Shown here one piece after another: positions 45,325 to 55,864 of a stretch of DNA of 64,000 nucleotides. The notes beneath the pieces were generated by a model. It searched no databases, was not told the origin of the DNA, and saw only the letters and a list, made by a program, of their open reading frames with translations. Every line of letters starts with the position of its first letter. The first letter of the stretch is position 1. The stretch comes from an uncultured Clostridia bacterium (GTDB lineage: Bacteria; Bacillota; Clostridia; TANB77; CAG-508): positions 73,342-137,341 of the forward strand of contig CAKPHG010000001.1 of NCBI GenBank assembly GCA_934157035.1, read 5' to 3'. The position numbers and the translations under genes are program-made.

Positions 45325-48300
45325 TCATATCTCCTGAATTTTACAATTTTCTTTTCCTACTATTTCTTCTATTTCATTTAGAGTGTTTCCATTTAAGAAA
45401 ATTCCTCCTGCTGGTAATTTGCTTTCTCCATTTAATATAAATAATGCTGTATTATTTCTATCTCCTGCAAAGAATTTAAGTGCTCCTCTTAATTTATCTT
45501 TCACTTCTTCGCTTAAATTGGTAATATTTATTTCTAGATTATTTATCTTTTTTATTCCTTCAGTTCTTGCACTAACAGATGAATTATTAGTAGTTTCTAA
45601 CTTTGCATCAACATTTTGTATTTTACTAGCTACTATGCTTACACTTTCTTCATCTTCTCTAATACTTAGTCGTCCTTCTACTAATACTATATTGTCTTCT
45701 ATTAAACTATTTGCTGATTGTGTATATACATTTTCAAATACTACTGTTTCCATACTTCCATATAAATCTTCTAGTGTCACAAATGCCATTATTTTATTAT
45801 TTTTTGTGTACTTTTTCTTTATTGAATTTATTATTCCTATAAATTTGACTGTTTGTCCATCTTTATATGGAAATTTTCCTGTTTGAGCTAGCTCTTCTAA
45901 TCCTTCTTTTATTTTTAACGTACTTATATTTGTATTTTTTTCAATAATTTCTTTTATCTGTGCTAAAGGATGTCCTGATATATATATTCCTAGCATTTCT
46001 TTTTCCATTGATAAAAGTTCTTTATCAGAATATTCTTTTAGAGTTTTATATGAGTATTTTAATTTTTCAAGTTGTTTTTCATCTTCTTCAGAAGATTTTT
46101 CGTTTTCTCCCATTCCTCCTAAATCAAACATTGATACTTGACCTTTTATATTTTTTCTTGAACTATCTGAAATTGCATCTATTATATCTTCAAATGATGC
46201 CATTAATGTACTTCTTGTTTGTTCAAACTCGTCAAATGCTCCAGATTTTATTAAACTCTCTATACATTTTTTATTTACCGCTTCTGCCTGAATTCTTTCA
46301 CAAAAGTCTGCAAATGATTTGTACTGGCCATTTTTTTGTCTTTCTTCTACAACTGCATCTACTGCTGCAACACCTACATTTTTTATACTTCCTAGCCCAA
46401 AACGTATTTTTCCATTATCTACTGTAAATTTTGTTTCACTTTTATTTATATCTGGTTTTAATATATCTATTTTTAGCCTTTTACATTCTTCTATATAATA
46501 TGGGACTTTATCTAGATTTCCTAAAAAGCTGTTTAAAGTTGCTGCCATAAATTCTTCTGGATAATATGCTTTTAAATATGCTGTTTGATATGACACTACT
46601 GCGTATGCTGCGGCATGTGATTTATTAAACGCGTATTTTGCAAATTCAGCCATTTCATCAAATATTTTATTTGCGCTTTTTTCGTCTATTCCATTTCTTA
46701 CACATCCAGGAACTACAATATTACCATTTTCATCTACTTGGCCATTTATAAATATTTCTCTTTCTTTTGCCATTACATCTAGCTTTTTCTTACCCATAGC
46801 ACGACGAACTAAATCTGCTCTACCCAATGAGTATCCTGCTAGGTCTCTTACTATTTGCATAACTTGCTCTTGGTATACCATACAACCATAAGTAACTTCT
46901 AGTATTGGTTTTAATGCAGGATGTGTATATACTGCATGTTCAGGATCTTTTTTATTTGCTATATATCTTGGAATTTGATCCATTGGCCCTGGTCTGTAAA
47001 GTGATACCCCAGCTATTATATCTTCTAAGCTGTCTGGCTTTAATTCTCTCATAAAGTTTGTCATTCCTTGTGATTCAAACTGGAATATACCAACAGAATT
47101 TCCCTCTTGCCACAATTTATAAACTTTAGGATCATTCATATCTTTATCAAATTTTACATCTATGCCTTTGTCTTTTTTTACTAAATCTATGGTATCTTTT
47201 ATAACTGTTAATGTTCTTAAACCTAAAAAGTCCATTTTTAAAAGTCCAAGTTCTTCTAGTGTAGTCATTATATATTGTGTAGAAATATTTCCTTCTCTTA
47301 CATATAAAGGAACATAAGTATCTACTGGATCTTTTGTTATAACTATTCCACATGCGTGTGTTGAAGCCTGACGTGGCATTCCTTCTAATGCCATTGCTAT
47401 ATCTAATAGTTTCTTTATTTCTGCATCTGTTTCATAAAGTGTATTTAACTCTTTATTTTGCTCTAATGCTTTTTTAATTGTAATATGTATTTCATTTGGT
47501 ATCATTTTAGCAAGTTTATCTGCTTCTGCATATGGTACATCTAGAACTCTTGCGACATCACGAATTACCATTCTTGCTGACATTGTACCAAATGTTATAA
47601 TTTGTGATACATGGTCATAACCGTATTTTTTACAAACATATTCTATTACTTTATCTCTTTTTTCATAACAAAAGTCAACGTCAAAATCGGGCATACTAAT
47701 TCTTTCAGGATTTAAAAATCTTTCAAAAAGTAGATTATATTTTATAGGATCTATATCTGTTATTCCTATTGCATATGCAACAATAGAACCTGCACCAGAA
47801 CCACGACCTGGGCCTACTGGAATGTCATGTGTTTTAGCATAATTTATATAATCCCATACTATTAAGAAATAGTCTACATATCCCATTTTCTTAATAACGC
47901 CTAATTCATATTCTGCTCTTTTTCTAATCTCTTCTGGCAACTCTTCATAGCTACTACTTTCATTTTTTTCTTTTGTTCCATATCTTTTTATTAAACCTTT
48001 TTTGGTTAAATCTTCTATATAATCATAATGTGTTTCATATCCTTCTGGTACGTCATAATTTGGCAAAATTGTATGTCCAAATTCAAATTCAACATTACAT
48101 TTTTCTGCTATTTTTACTGTATTTTCTATTGCTTCTGGTACGTTTGAAAAATAATCGCTCATTTCCTCTGGTGATTTTATATAAAGTTCATCTGTCTCAA
48201 ATCTCATTCTGTCTTCGTCTGACATTTTCTTTCCTGTTTGAATACATAAAAGTACTTCATGATTGTACGCATCTTCTCTTCTTGAATAGTGTGCATCATT

Positions 48301-48909
48301 TGTTGCAACTAATGGTATATCTAATTCTTTTGAAAGTTCTATTAGTTTTTGGTTAACTAATACTTGCTCTTTTACACCATTGTTTTGTATTTCTAAATAA
48401 TAATCTTCTCCAAATAAGTTTTTAAACCACAATGCTGCTTTTTTTGCTTCTTCCATATTGTCTTGTAATATTGCTTGGCTTATTTCTCCTGCCAAACAAG
48501 CACTAGAACATACTAGTCCTTCATGATATTTTTCTAATATTTCTTTATCTATTCTTGGTTTATAATAAAAACCTTCCGTATAACTTAATGAAACTAATTT
48601 CGATAAGTTTTTATAACCTGTCATATCTTTTGCAAGTAATATTAAATGATTATATTTACTATCTAGTTTAGGATCTTTGTCATGTCTTGTTCGTGGTGCT
48701 ACATACACTTCACAACCTATTATTGGCTTTACTCCATTTGCTTTACATGCTTTATAAAAATCTATAACTCCAAACATTGCTCCATGGTCAGTAATAGCAA
48801 TCGCATCCATTCCAAGTTCTTTTGCAATTACTGGTATATCCTTTATTCTATTTGCTCCATCTAATAAACTAAATTCACTATGTATATGTAAGTGAACAAA
48901 TTTTGACAT
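45325..48909 (-). CDS. dnaE: DNA polymerase III alpha subunit DnaE (start MSKFVHLHIHSEFS with SD AAGAGGAAG; track ORF begins 18 nt upstream)
   Basis: PHP domain HLHIHSEFSLLDG. Palm/fingers PDFDVDF. OB fold. ~1190 aa. Confidence 0.95.
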   Translation of the reverse strand: MSKFVHLHIHSEFSLLDGANRIKDIPVIAKELGMDAIAITDHGAMFGVIDFYKACKANGVKPIIGCEVYVAPRTRHDKDPKLDSKYNHLILLAKDMTGYKNLSKLVSLSYTEGFYYKPRIDKEILEKYHEGLVCSSACLAGEISQAILQDNMEEAKKAALWFKNLFGEDYYLEIQNNGVKEQVLVNQKLIELSKELDIPLVATNDAHYSRREDAYNHEVLLCIQTGKKMSDEDRMRFETDELYIKSPEEMSDYFSNVPEAIENTVKIAEKCNVEFEFGHTILPNYDVPEGYETHYDYIEDLTKKGLIKRYGTKEKNESSSYEELPEEIRKRAEYELGVIKKMGYVDYFLIVWDYINYAKTHDIPVGPGRGSGAGSIVAYAIGITDIDPIKYNLLFERFLNPERISMPDFDVDFCYEKRDKVIEYVCKKYGYDHVSQIITFGTMSARMVIRDVARVLDVPYAEADKLAKMIPNEIHITIKKALEQNKELNTLYETDAEIKKLLDIAMALEGMPRQASTHACGIVITKDPVDTYVPLYVREGNISTQYIMTTLEELGLLKMDFLGLRTLTVIKDTIDLVKKDKGIDVKFDKDMNDPKVYKLWQEGNSVGIFQFESQGMTNFMRELKPDSLEDIIAGVSLYRPGPMDQIPRYIANKKDPEHAVYTHPALKPILEVTYGCMVYQEQVMQIVRDLAGYSLGRADLVRRAMGKKKLDVMAKEREIFINGQVDENGNIVVPGCVRNGIDEKSANKIFDEMAEFAKYAFNKSHAAAYAVVSYQTAYLKAYYPEEFMAATLNSFLGNLDKVPYYIEECKRLKIDILKPDINKSETKFTVDNGKIRFGLGSIKNVGVAAVDAVVEERQKNGQYKSFADFCERIQAEAVNKKCIESLIKSGAFDEFEQTRSTLMASFEDIIDAISDSSRKNIKGQVSMFDLGGMGENEKSSEEDEKQLEKLKYSYKTLKEYSDKELLSMEKEMLGIYISGHPLAQIKEIIEKNTNISTLKIKEGLEELAQTGKFPYKDGQTVKFIGIINSIKKKYTKNNKIMAFVTLEDLYGSMETVVFENVYTQSANSLIEDNIVLVEGRLSIREDEESVSIVASKIQNVDAKLETTNNSSVSARTEGIKKINNLEINITNLSEEVKDKLRGALKFFAGDRNNTALFILNGESKLPAGGIFLNGNTLNEIEEIVGKENCKIQEI

Positions 48910-48943
48910 TTTTCTTCCTCTTTTCATCTATTTCGTATTATAT

Positions 48944-50386
48944 TTATTTTTTATCATTTAAAATTCTTGCCATTTGTACTCCTGAAGCTGATGCCATCAT
49001 AAGTCCTCTTGTCATTCCTCCACCATCACCTATTGAATATAAACCTTTTATACTTGTCTCAAAGTTGTTGTCTATTGTAACTTTGTTACTATAAAATTTT
49101 ATTTCTGGTGCATAAAGTAAATTATCTGGGTTGGCAAAACCTTCTACTACTTTATCTAATTCTCTTATAAATTGTAAAATATCTGTCATTGTTCTGTATC
49201 CTAATGCAAAAGTTATATCTCCAGCTACTGCTGATTTTAATGTCGGAACAACTGTATTTTTATCTAATTCTTCTTGCCATGTTCTTTTTCCTCTATAAAT
49301 ATCTCCCAAACGTTGTACTACAATATTTCCATTTCCTAATTCATTTAAGTTTTTAGCAATGTTTCTACCATAATCTATTGGTTTGTTAAATGGATATTTA
49401 AAATGATGTGATACTAATATTGCTAAATTTGTATTTGTACTTTTCTTATCCTTATATGAATGTCCATTTACTAAACTTAAATTATTATCATAAACTTCTG
49501 CAGATACAAATCCACTTGGATTTTGACAAAAAGTTCTTACTTTATCATTAAAAGGTCCTGGTCTTCCTATAAATTTACCTTCATACATATACTTGTTTAT
49601 GTCTTGCATTACTGAATCTGGAAGTTCATATCTAACTCCTATATCTACTACTCCTGCTTCTGTTTTTATGTTATGTTTTTCGCACATATCTACAAGCCAA
49701 TTTGCACCTTTTCTTCCTACAGCTATTACTACATTTTTTCCATAAAATTCTTTCTCCTGTGCATCTTTTTTTGATACATCTTTTGTTATAACACCCTTTA
49801 CTATTCCATTTTCTATTATTAAATCTTCTACTCTTGTCTCAAATAGCATTTCTATTCCATTTTGTTCTAGATATTCTTCTAATTTTTTGTATAATTCATG
49901 CGCTTTTTCTGTACCTAAATGTCTTATTGGAATATCTATTAATGTTATATTTTCTTTTTTTGCCTTATTCTTTATTTTAGCTACTTCCTCTTTATATTCT
50001 GTTCCTTCCAATCTTGGATCTGCTCCAAAATCTAAATATATTTGATCTGTATAATCTATTAATTTTTTTGTTTCTTCTACTCCTAAATATTTATGTAATT
50101 CTCCTCCTACATAAAAATCTTTATCTTCTTCATTATATAAAGATAATTTTCCATCGGAAAATGCACCAGCTCCAGAGAAACCACTTGTTATATTACAAAA
50201 AGGCTTACATTTAACACATTTTCCTATTTTTTCTATTGGACATGATCTATTTTCAACTCTTTTTCCTTGTTCTATTAACAAGACTTTTTTGTTTTTGTTT
50301 AATTTTGTCATTTCATAAGCAGTAAAAATAGAACCTGGTCCCATTCCTATAACAATAACATCATATTTCTTTTCCATATTAACCAT
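48944..50386 (-). CDS. FAD-dependent oxidoreductase (COG2509-type uncharacterised dehydrogenase)
   Basis: Rossmann GxGxxG (VIVIGMGPGS). Cys cluster CPIEKIGKCVKCKPFC. COG2509-like C-terminal region. Confidence 0.65.
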   Translation of the reverse strand: MVNMEKKYDVIVIGMGPGSIFTAYEMTKLNKNKKVLLIEQGKRVENRSCPIEKIGKCVKCKPFCNITSGFSGAGAFSDGKLSLYNEEDKDFYVGGELHKYLGVEETKKLIDYTDQIYLDFGADPRLEGTEYKEEVAKIKNKAKKENITLIDIPIRHLGTEKAHELYKKLEEYLEQNGIEMLFETRVEDLIIENGIVKGVITKDVSKKDAQEKEFYGKNVVIAVGRKGANWLVDMCEKHNIKTEAGVVDIGVRYELPDSVMQDINKYMYEGKFIGRPGPFNDKVRTFCQNPSGFVSAEVYDNNLSLVNGHSYKDKKSTNTNLAILVSHHFKYPFNKPIDYGRNIAKNLNELGNGNIVVQRLGDIYRGKRTWQEELDKNTVVPTLKSAVAGDITFALGYRTMTDILQFIRELDKVVEGFANPDNLLYAPEIKFYSNKVTIDNNFETSIKGLYSIGDGGGMTRGLMMASASGVQMARILNDKK

Positions 50387-50412
50387 CTCCTTTTTATATT
50401 TATATATTCAAA

Positions 50413-50649
50413 TTATAAAACTTTTATTATCTCTCCAACTTCTTTTCCTGCAACTGTTGGTATTTGTAATATTTCAAATTTAGACACTTTGTCTCCAAAT
50501 TTTATTTCAACTATATCTCCAACTTTAACTTCATAACTTGGTTTTACAACTTTTCCATTTACTATTACTCTTCCACCGTCAGCTGCCTCATTTGCAACAG
50601 TTCTTCTTTTTATTACTCTTGACACTTTTAAAAACTTGTCTAATCTCAT
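50413..50649 (-). CDS. rqcP: Ribosome quality control S4-domain protein RqcP (YabO/Hsp15-like)
   Basis: [52 protein letters not shown] parallels B. subtilis YabO/RqcP ([33 protein letters not shown]...). Confidence 0.7.
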   Translation of the reverse strand: MRLDKFLKVSRVIKRRTVANEAADGGRVIVNGKVVKPSYEVKVGDIVEIKFGDKVSKFEILQIPTVAGKEVGEIIKVL

Positions 50650-50727
50650 TTTTTTCTCCTTTGCTATTTTTGTGTAATTAGTATATCACATAAGTCTCGT
50701 TTTAACAACTATTTTCTTATGTTCACT

Positions 50728-50760
50728 TGAAAAAAAAGAGGTTATTTAACCTCTTTTTTT
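50728..50760. terminator. Bidirectional intrinsic terminator (AAAGAGGTTA/TAACCTCTTT flanked by A- and T-runs)
   Basis: tgaaaaaaaagaggttatttaacctcttttttttcg. Confidence 0.7.
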
Positions 50761-50776
50761 TCGTCTTTAACATTAA

Positions 50777-51064
50777 CTAAATATCAAGCGATATTAAAGG
50801 AACATTTTCGCGACCACAGTATCCAAGTCTTAGCTTCTTAGGTAACTCCCTCTTATTTTTGTAAGATCTAAAGTTTATTACAAAGTAGCATTTTCCTACT
50901 TCATCAATTCTTTTTAAGAACTCAGAATTAATCTCTTTTTTGAATTGTTCTTCAAGACTTGAGTCCTCTTCAACAAACTTTAATAAGTAACCTTTTTCTG
51001 CTACACTTGGATCATACGGTTCTGCATTCCTTGCTAATGTTTTAAGAGTTATGTCACGTGTCAT
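50777..51064 (-). CDS. Hypothetical protein (95 aa) downstream of thrS
   Basis: ORF with SD GGAGGAGTTTACAAGATG. No recognisable motif. Confidence 0.4.
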   Translation of the reverse strand: MTRDITLKTLARNAEPYDPSVAEKGYLLKFVEEDSSLEEQFKKEINSEFLKRIDEVGKCYFVINFRSYKNKRELPKKLRLGYCGRENVPLISLDI

Positions 51065-51161
51065 CTTGTAAACTCCTCCTTTTCATAAAACATTTTCTAT
51101 ATATGCTAAACAGCTAATTGTTCTATTATATTCAAACTTTTCTAAAATGTTCCTATATTTT

Positions 51162-52934
51162 TTATAAACTATAACTTTTTATTTCTTCTTCAATTTTAGA
51201 AATAAAGTCTTCTACTTTCATTTGTCCTATATCTCCGTCTTTTCTTGTTCTTACTCCTACTGCATTTGCCTCTATTTCTTTATCCCCTACAATTAGCATG
51301 TATGGAATTTTTTCCATTTGAGCTTCACGGATTTTATATCCTACTTTTTCTTGTCTATCATCTAGTTCAACTCTTATATCTTTATCTAATAGTTCTTGTT
51401 CTACTTTTTTACAATAATCTAATTGCTTATCTGTAATTGGAAGAATTTTTACTTGAACTGGTGCAAGCCAAGTTGGAAGAGCACCTTTTGTTTCTTCTAA
51501 ATAATAAGCCATAAATCTATCTATACTTCCTAATATTGCTCTATGAAGAACTACTGGAGTTTTCTTTGCTCCATCTTTGTCTATATATGCTAAATTAAAT
51601 TTAGCTGGTAAACAGAAGTCTAATTGGCATGTAGATAATGTATATTCATTTCCTACAGCTGGTTTTACTTGAACATCTAGCTTTGGTCCATAGAATGCTG
51701 CTTCACCTATTTTTTCTTCGTATTCAATTCCTATATCGTTTAATACTTGTCTTAATTTATTTTCAGCATTATCCCACATTTCGTCATCTGGGTGATATTT
51801 AACTTTATCTTCTGGATCTCTTAATGACAATTCAAAATGATAGTCTGTTATATTTAATTCTTTGTAAACTTCTAGAATTAAATCTACAACTGCTTTAAAT
51901 TCAGATTCTATTTGCTCTGGTGTTACAAATAAGTGGGCATCATTTTGGCAGAATGTTCTAACTCTTTCTATTCCTTTTAATGTTCCACTTGCTTCATATC
52001 TACAGTCTCTTGCAATTTCACCAATTCTTATTGGTAAATCTTTGTATGAATGTATACTGTTTGCATATATCATCATATGATGTGGACAGTTCATTGGACG
52101 AAGTACAAATTCTTCTCCTTCAACTTCCATTTTAGGAAACATACTATCTTTATAATGCTCCCAATGTCCTGATGTTTTGTATAAATCTACACTTGCTAGT
52201 GGTGGAGTTAAAACGTGTTTATATCCTAATTTTCTTTCTTTTCCTTTAATATAATTTTCTAATAAATCCCATACCATGCAGCCGTTTGGCAAATACATTG
52301 GAAGTCCCTTTCCAACTAAATCATTTGTCATAAATATTCCAAGTTCTTTACCTAATTTTCTATGGTCTCTTTGTTTTGCTTCTTCTAGTTTTATTAAGTA
52401 TTCTTCAAGTTCAGATGCTTTTGGGAAAGAAATACCATAAACTCTTTGTAATGTTTGGTTATTAGCATCTCCTCTCCAATAGCTTGAAGACATTGAAGTT
52501 AATTTTATTGCTTTTACTTTTCCTGTTGAAGGTAAATGTGGACCACGGCAAAGGTCGACAAATTCTCCTTGTTTGTAGAAGGAAATTACTTCTCCTTCTG
52601 GTAAATCTTTAATTAATTCTACTTTGTATGGTTCTTCTCTTTCTTCCATTAATTTAATAGCTTCATCTCTTGGAAGTTCAAATCTTTCAATACTTAAATC
52701 TTCTTTAATTATTTTCTTCATTTCCTCTTCTAATGCAGATATATCATCTTCTGTAAATGGTTTTTCTACATCAAAATCATAATAAAATCCTTTTTCTATT
52801 GCTGGACCTATTGTTAATTTGTAACTTGGAAATAATCTTTTAACAGCTTGTGCTAGAATATGAGCTGTTGTATGCCAATACATACTTTCTTCTACCTCCA
52901 TTGTTTTTCCACCATCTAATTTAATTTTAAACAT
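51162..52934 (-). CDS. thrS: Threonyl-tRNA synthetase with a shortened N-terminal TGS region
   Basis: Editing/N2 domain HTTAHILAQAVKRLF. Class II motifs. Anticodon-binding C-terminus. SD AAAGGAGGAAtataaaATG. Only ~17 aa precede the N2 domain versus ~60-aa TGS in B. subtilis ThrS. Confidence 0.9.
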   Translation of the reverse strand: MFKIKLDGGKTMEVEESMYWHTTAHILAQAVKRLFPSYKLTIGPAIEKGFYYDFDVEKPFTEDDISALEEEMKKIIKEDLSIERFELPRDEAIKLMEEREEPYKVELIKDLPEGEVISFYKQGEFVDLCRGPHLPSTGKVKAIKLTSMSSSYWRGDANNQTLQRVYGISFPKASELEEYLIKLEEAKQRDHRKLGKELGIFMTNDLVGKGLPMYLPNGCMVWDLLENYIKGKERKLGYKHVLTPPLASVDLYKTSGHWEHYKDSMFPKMEVEGEEFVLRPMNCPHHMMIYANSIHSYKDLPIRIGEIARDCRYEASGTLKGIERVRTFCQNDAHLFVTPEQIESEFKAVVDLILEVYKELNITDYHFELSLRDPEDKVKYHPDDEMWDNAENKLRQVLNDIGIEYEEKIGEAAFYGPKLDVQVKPAVGNEYTLSTCQLDFCLPAKFNLAYIDKDGAKKTPVVLHRAILGSIDRFMAYYLEETKGALPTWLAPVQVKILPITDKQLDYCKKVEQELLDKDIRVELDDRQEKVGYKIREAQMEKIPYMLIVGDKEIEANAVGVRTRKDGDIGQMKVEDFISKIEEEIKSYSL

Positions 52935-53069
52935 TTTATATTCCTCCTTTTGGTTGTTAACCTTAATTTTTTATATACAATTTTTTAATGCACAAAAAAT
53001 GCAATTAATAATCAGAATAAATATTTATCTTCTGCATAAAATTATCATAGTAAGATAACTTTATGTAGA

Positions 53070-53335
53070 AGATAAATAAAAGCACTCTCTAGATACACTT
53101 TTACATATATCTAGGAGTGCTTTTTACACGGTTCCATCCTATTTTTTACTTAATTTACTCCTTTAACGCAGGTAAATACGTCTAGCTTTTTACTAGCAAC
53201 TAATGAGGTAGTTTTTCAAATTTGTTTACTTTTACTTGCTTTCAGCCTATGACAAGTATTCTCTTTTTAGCAACCTTAATTTTACTTTGTCTCATTTTTG
53301 TTTTTTATTTTTAATTAATATATTTCTATTATACT
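53070..53335 (-). promoter_or_regulatory. T-box riboswitch leader of thrS
   Basis: Minus strand has T-box sequence AAUAGGAUGGAACCGUG (plus 53128..53145). Immediately followed by terminator AAGCACUCCUAGAUA...UAUCUAGAGAGUGCUU and U-run (plus 53075..53127). Confidence 0.6.
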
Positions 53336-53366
53336 ACTTTTTTTGATTTAGTCAATATTTTTTATA

Positions 53367-54806
53367 TTATTCGTTTACTATTGTAGGATTTATATTTGAA
53401 TCTATTATTTGTATCTTTTCATTAAATACTACAATAACTCTTTCAGTTATACTTTTAATTAAGAATTCAATTTGTTGTTTTGTATAATCATTAAGTACTG
53501 CACAATTATTTCTTGTTATTTCAGGTATTTGCGTTCCTACATCTTGTTTAAAATTCATTTTTTGACTGTATTTTCCTTCATAAGTTCTATCATTTTGCGT
53601 AACAGTTACATCTAAGTTACTATTTAAATAATTTTCTGAAGCAGATCCTGTATTTTGTAAATAAATATCAACTTCTGTTTTGTCATCTACATTAACTTGT
53701 GCATTAAGAGATGTTTCCATTGTTCCTACTACTCTTTGAATTTGTAATTCTATTTTATTAAATTGTTCTTGCATATTTAACTTTTCAATTAGTATATAAT
53801 AATTTGAAATATTATTATTTTTATCTATACTAATTGTTAGTTTAGTATCATTTTTTATTATTATCTCATTTGTTATAACTTTTCCATTTTCTACATATAT
53901 AACTACACTTAATCCAGTTTCTTCTAATGAACTCCCACTTTGTATTGTGTCTATTTTTTCTTGTATTTGTTGTGTTAAGTTATTTACTTGAGTATAATTT
54001 TCACTTAATCCTAAAGTCTTTGCTTTAGTTGTTATTAAATTTAAAGTTATGCTATCTTGTTTTAAGTTTTCTAATAGTTTTACTTCTAAGTTTTTAAGTT
54101 CACTTGCTGTTAAGTTCAATCTATATCCTGTTGTTTTATGGTTTACTCCATCTTTGATTATTGTTACATCATTTTCTTTAGAATATGATTTTTTTTCAAT
54201 ATTTTGTCTTATAATATTCATATATGTCTCTGTTATATATGTTTTTTCATCTTCAGTAAAATCTAATAATTCCGCAAAACCTAAAAATTGAATTTCATTA
54301 GGAATATCTTTTGCATTTTCTATTCCCAATTTTTGAGCCAATGCTTTTAAGTTATTGTTTTCTACTCCAACAAATGCTGTTACTATCTCATTTGATTTTA
54401 ATGCATATATATTATTAGCATTAGCATATTCTAATTTGAAAATAGAATTTTCTCTATTATATAGTTCTGTTGTAGCATAAGCTTTGTCTGAGATTTTATC
54501 TACTTTTGCATCTACTATTAATTTTACATTATTTAAAGGATTTGATTCTTTTGAATCTTCAAAAGTAAGTTCACCATTTATTTGATATGGTACTTGTTCC
54601 TTTAACTTTTCTATTGTAGCTAATTGTGTATTTTCTGAAACTTCTAAATCTTTTAATGTTTGTCCTAAATACTTGTAAAACAATGTATCTTTTGATTTTA
54701 ACAAATCTGTTTTTGAATAAACTATTAGTCCTCCTAACGCTAATAAAATTACTAAAATAATAATCACAACTGTAATTATTATCCCCTTTTTCTTTCCATA
54801 GTACAT
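53367..54806 (-). CDS. Membrane-anchored hypothetical protein (479 aa)
   Basis: N-terminal TM IIITVVIIILVILLALGGLIV. Large extracytoplasmic N/T/S-rich domain. SD AAAGGAGGAAACAAAAATG. Confidence 0.5.
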   Translation of the reverse strand: MYYGKKKGIIITVVIIILVILLALGGLIVYSKTDLLKSKDTLFYKYLGQTLKDLEVSENTQLATIEKLKEQVPYQINGELTFEDSKESNPLNNVKLIVDAKVDKISDKAYATTELYNRENSIFKLEYANANNIYALKSNEIVTAFVGVENNNLKALAQKLGIENAKDIPNEIQFLGFAELLDFTEDEKTYITETYMNIIRQNIEKKSYSKENDVTIIKDGVNHKTTGYRLNLTASELKNLEVKLLENLKQDSITLNLITTKAKTLGLSENYTQVNNLTQQIQEKIDTIQSGSSLEETGLSVVIYVENGKVITNEIIIKNDTKLTISIDKNNNISNYYILIEKLNMQEQFNKIELQIQRVVGTMETSLNAQVNVDDKTEVDIYLQNTGSASENYLNSNLDVTVTQNDRTYEGKYSQKMNFKQDVGTQIPEITRNNCAVLNDYTKQQIEFLIKSITERVIVVFNEKIQIIDSNINPTIVNE

Positions 54807-54850
54807 TTTTGTTTCCTCCTTTGATTTTTATAATTTAAAATTAATTTGTT

Positions 54851-55693
54851 TTAATTTCTTTGCTTTACTGCTTCATATATAACTATTCCTGCTGACACTG
54901 AAGCATTTAAAGATGTTATTTTTCCTTTCATAGGAATTTTTACTATAAAATCGCAGTTTTCTTTTACAAGTCTGCTCATTCCAAAGCCTTCACTCCCAAT
55001 TACTATTGCAAGAGGCCCTTTTAAATCCTGATTATAGTAATAAGTTTCTGTATCCATGTCTGTACCACAAATCCAAAGACCCGCTTCTTTTAATTCATTT
55101 ATTGTTTCATTTAAATTATTAACTCTTGCAATTTTCATATATTCCACAGCTCCTGCAGATACTTTATTTACTGTAGCATTTACAGATGCTGCTCTTCTTT
55201 TAGGAATTATTATTCCATGTACTCCAGCAGTTTCTGCTGTTCTTATTATTGCACCTAAATTATGAACATCTTCTATTCCATCTAATATTACAACAAAAGG
55301 ATCTTCATTTTTATTTTTTGCATCTTGTAATATATCTTCAACCTCTACATATTCGTAAGGTGGAACAACAGCTATTACACCTTGATAATTTTCCGTTTGT
55401 GCCATTTGCTTCATTTTATTTTTATCTATGTAACTTATTAATACTTTATTTTCCTTTGCTAATGCTATTATTTTATTTATTGAACCAAATTTCTCACCAG
55501 ACTCTATATATAACTTATTTATATCTTTTCCTGCCTCCAACAATTCTAATACTGCGTTTCTTCCCTCTACTTGGTCCGTTGGGGACGTTTCTTTTCGGCT
55601 CATCTGTCCCTTTCGGTTCATTTTTTGCACATCATAATTATTATTTTCTTTCATTTTTCTGCAAAATCCTTTCTTTTTTATTGCTTTTAACAT
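54851..55693 (-). CDS. rlmB: 23S rRNA (guanosine-2'-O)-methyltransferase RlmB (SpoU/TrmH family). True start probably an internal Met (~55603).
   Basis: SpoU_sub_bind (EGRNAVLELLEAG). SPOUT motifs (DGIEDVHNLGAIIRTAETAGV, IVIGSEGFGMS, SLNASVSAGIVIYE). Confidence 0.8.
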   Translation of the reverse strand: MLKAIKKKGFCRKMKENNNYDVQKMNRKGQMSRKETSPTDQVEGRNAVLELLEAGKDINKLYIESGEKFGSINKIIALAKENKVLISYIDKNKMKQMAQTENYQGVIAVVPPYEYVEVEDILQDAKNKNEDPFVVILDGIEDVHNLGAIIRTAETAGVHGIIIPKRRAASVNATVNKVSAGAVEYMKIARVNNLNETINELKEAGLWICGTDMDTETYYYNQDLKGPLAIVIGSEGFGMSRLVKENCDFIVKIPMKGKITSLNASVSAGIVIYEAVKQRN

Positions 55694-55864
55694 AATTTTA
55701 TGTTATTATATACATGTATATCATTTTTGATATGTCAAAATTTATCAGCACTAAAAACTGAATATTGATGGAGAAGGAGTACTTATTAGTACTCTTTTCT
55801 CTTTTTTATTATAAAAATTAAATTTGTTAATGTTCTTACCCTATATAATTTTTTTAGCCATACT

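Noticed and set aside
45383-48864. Plus-strand ORFs inside dnaE (45383..45886, 45960..46427, 47973..48356, 48682..48864) and minus 47147..47353
   Set aside because: Antisense or alternate-frame artefacts within a 1200-aa conserved gene.
55561-55610. GC-rich patch (ggtccgttggggacgtttcttttcggctcatctgtccctttcggttc) resembling the GGGAC...GTCCC hairpin family
   Set aside because: It lies inside the rlmB N-terminal coding/leader region and is only loosely related to the intergenic element. Not counted as a repeat copy.
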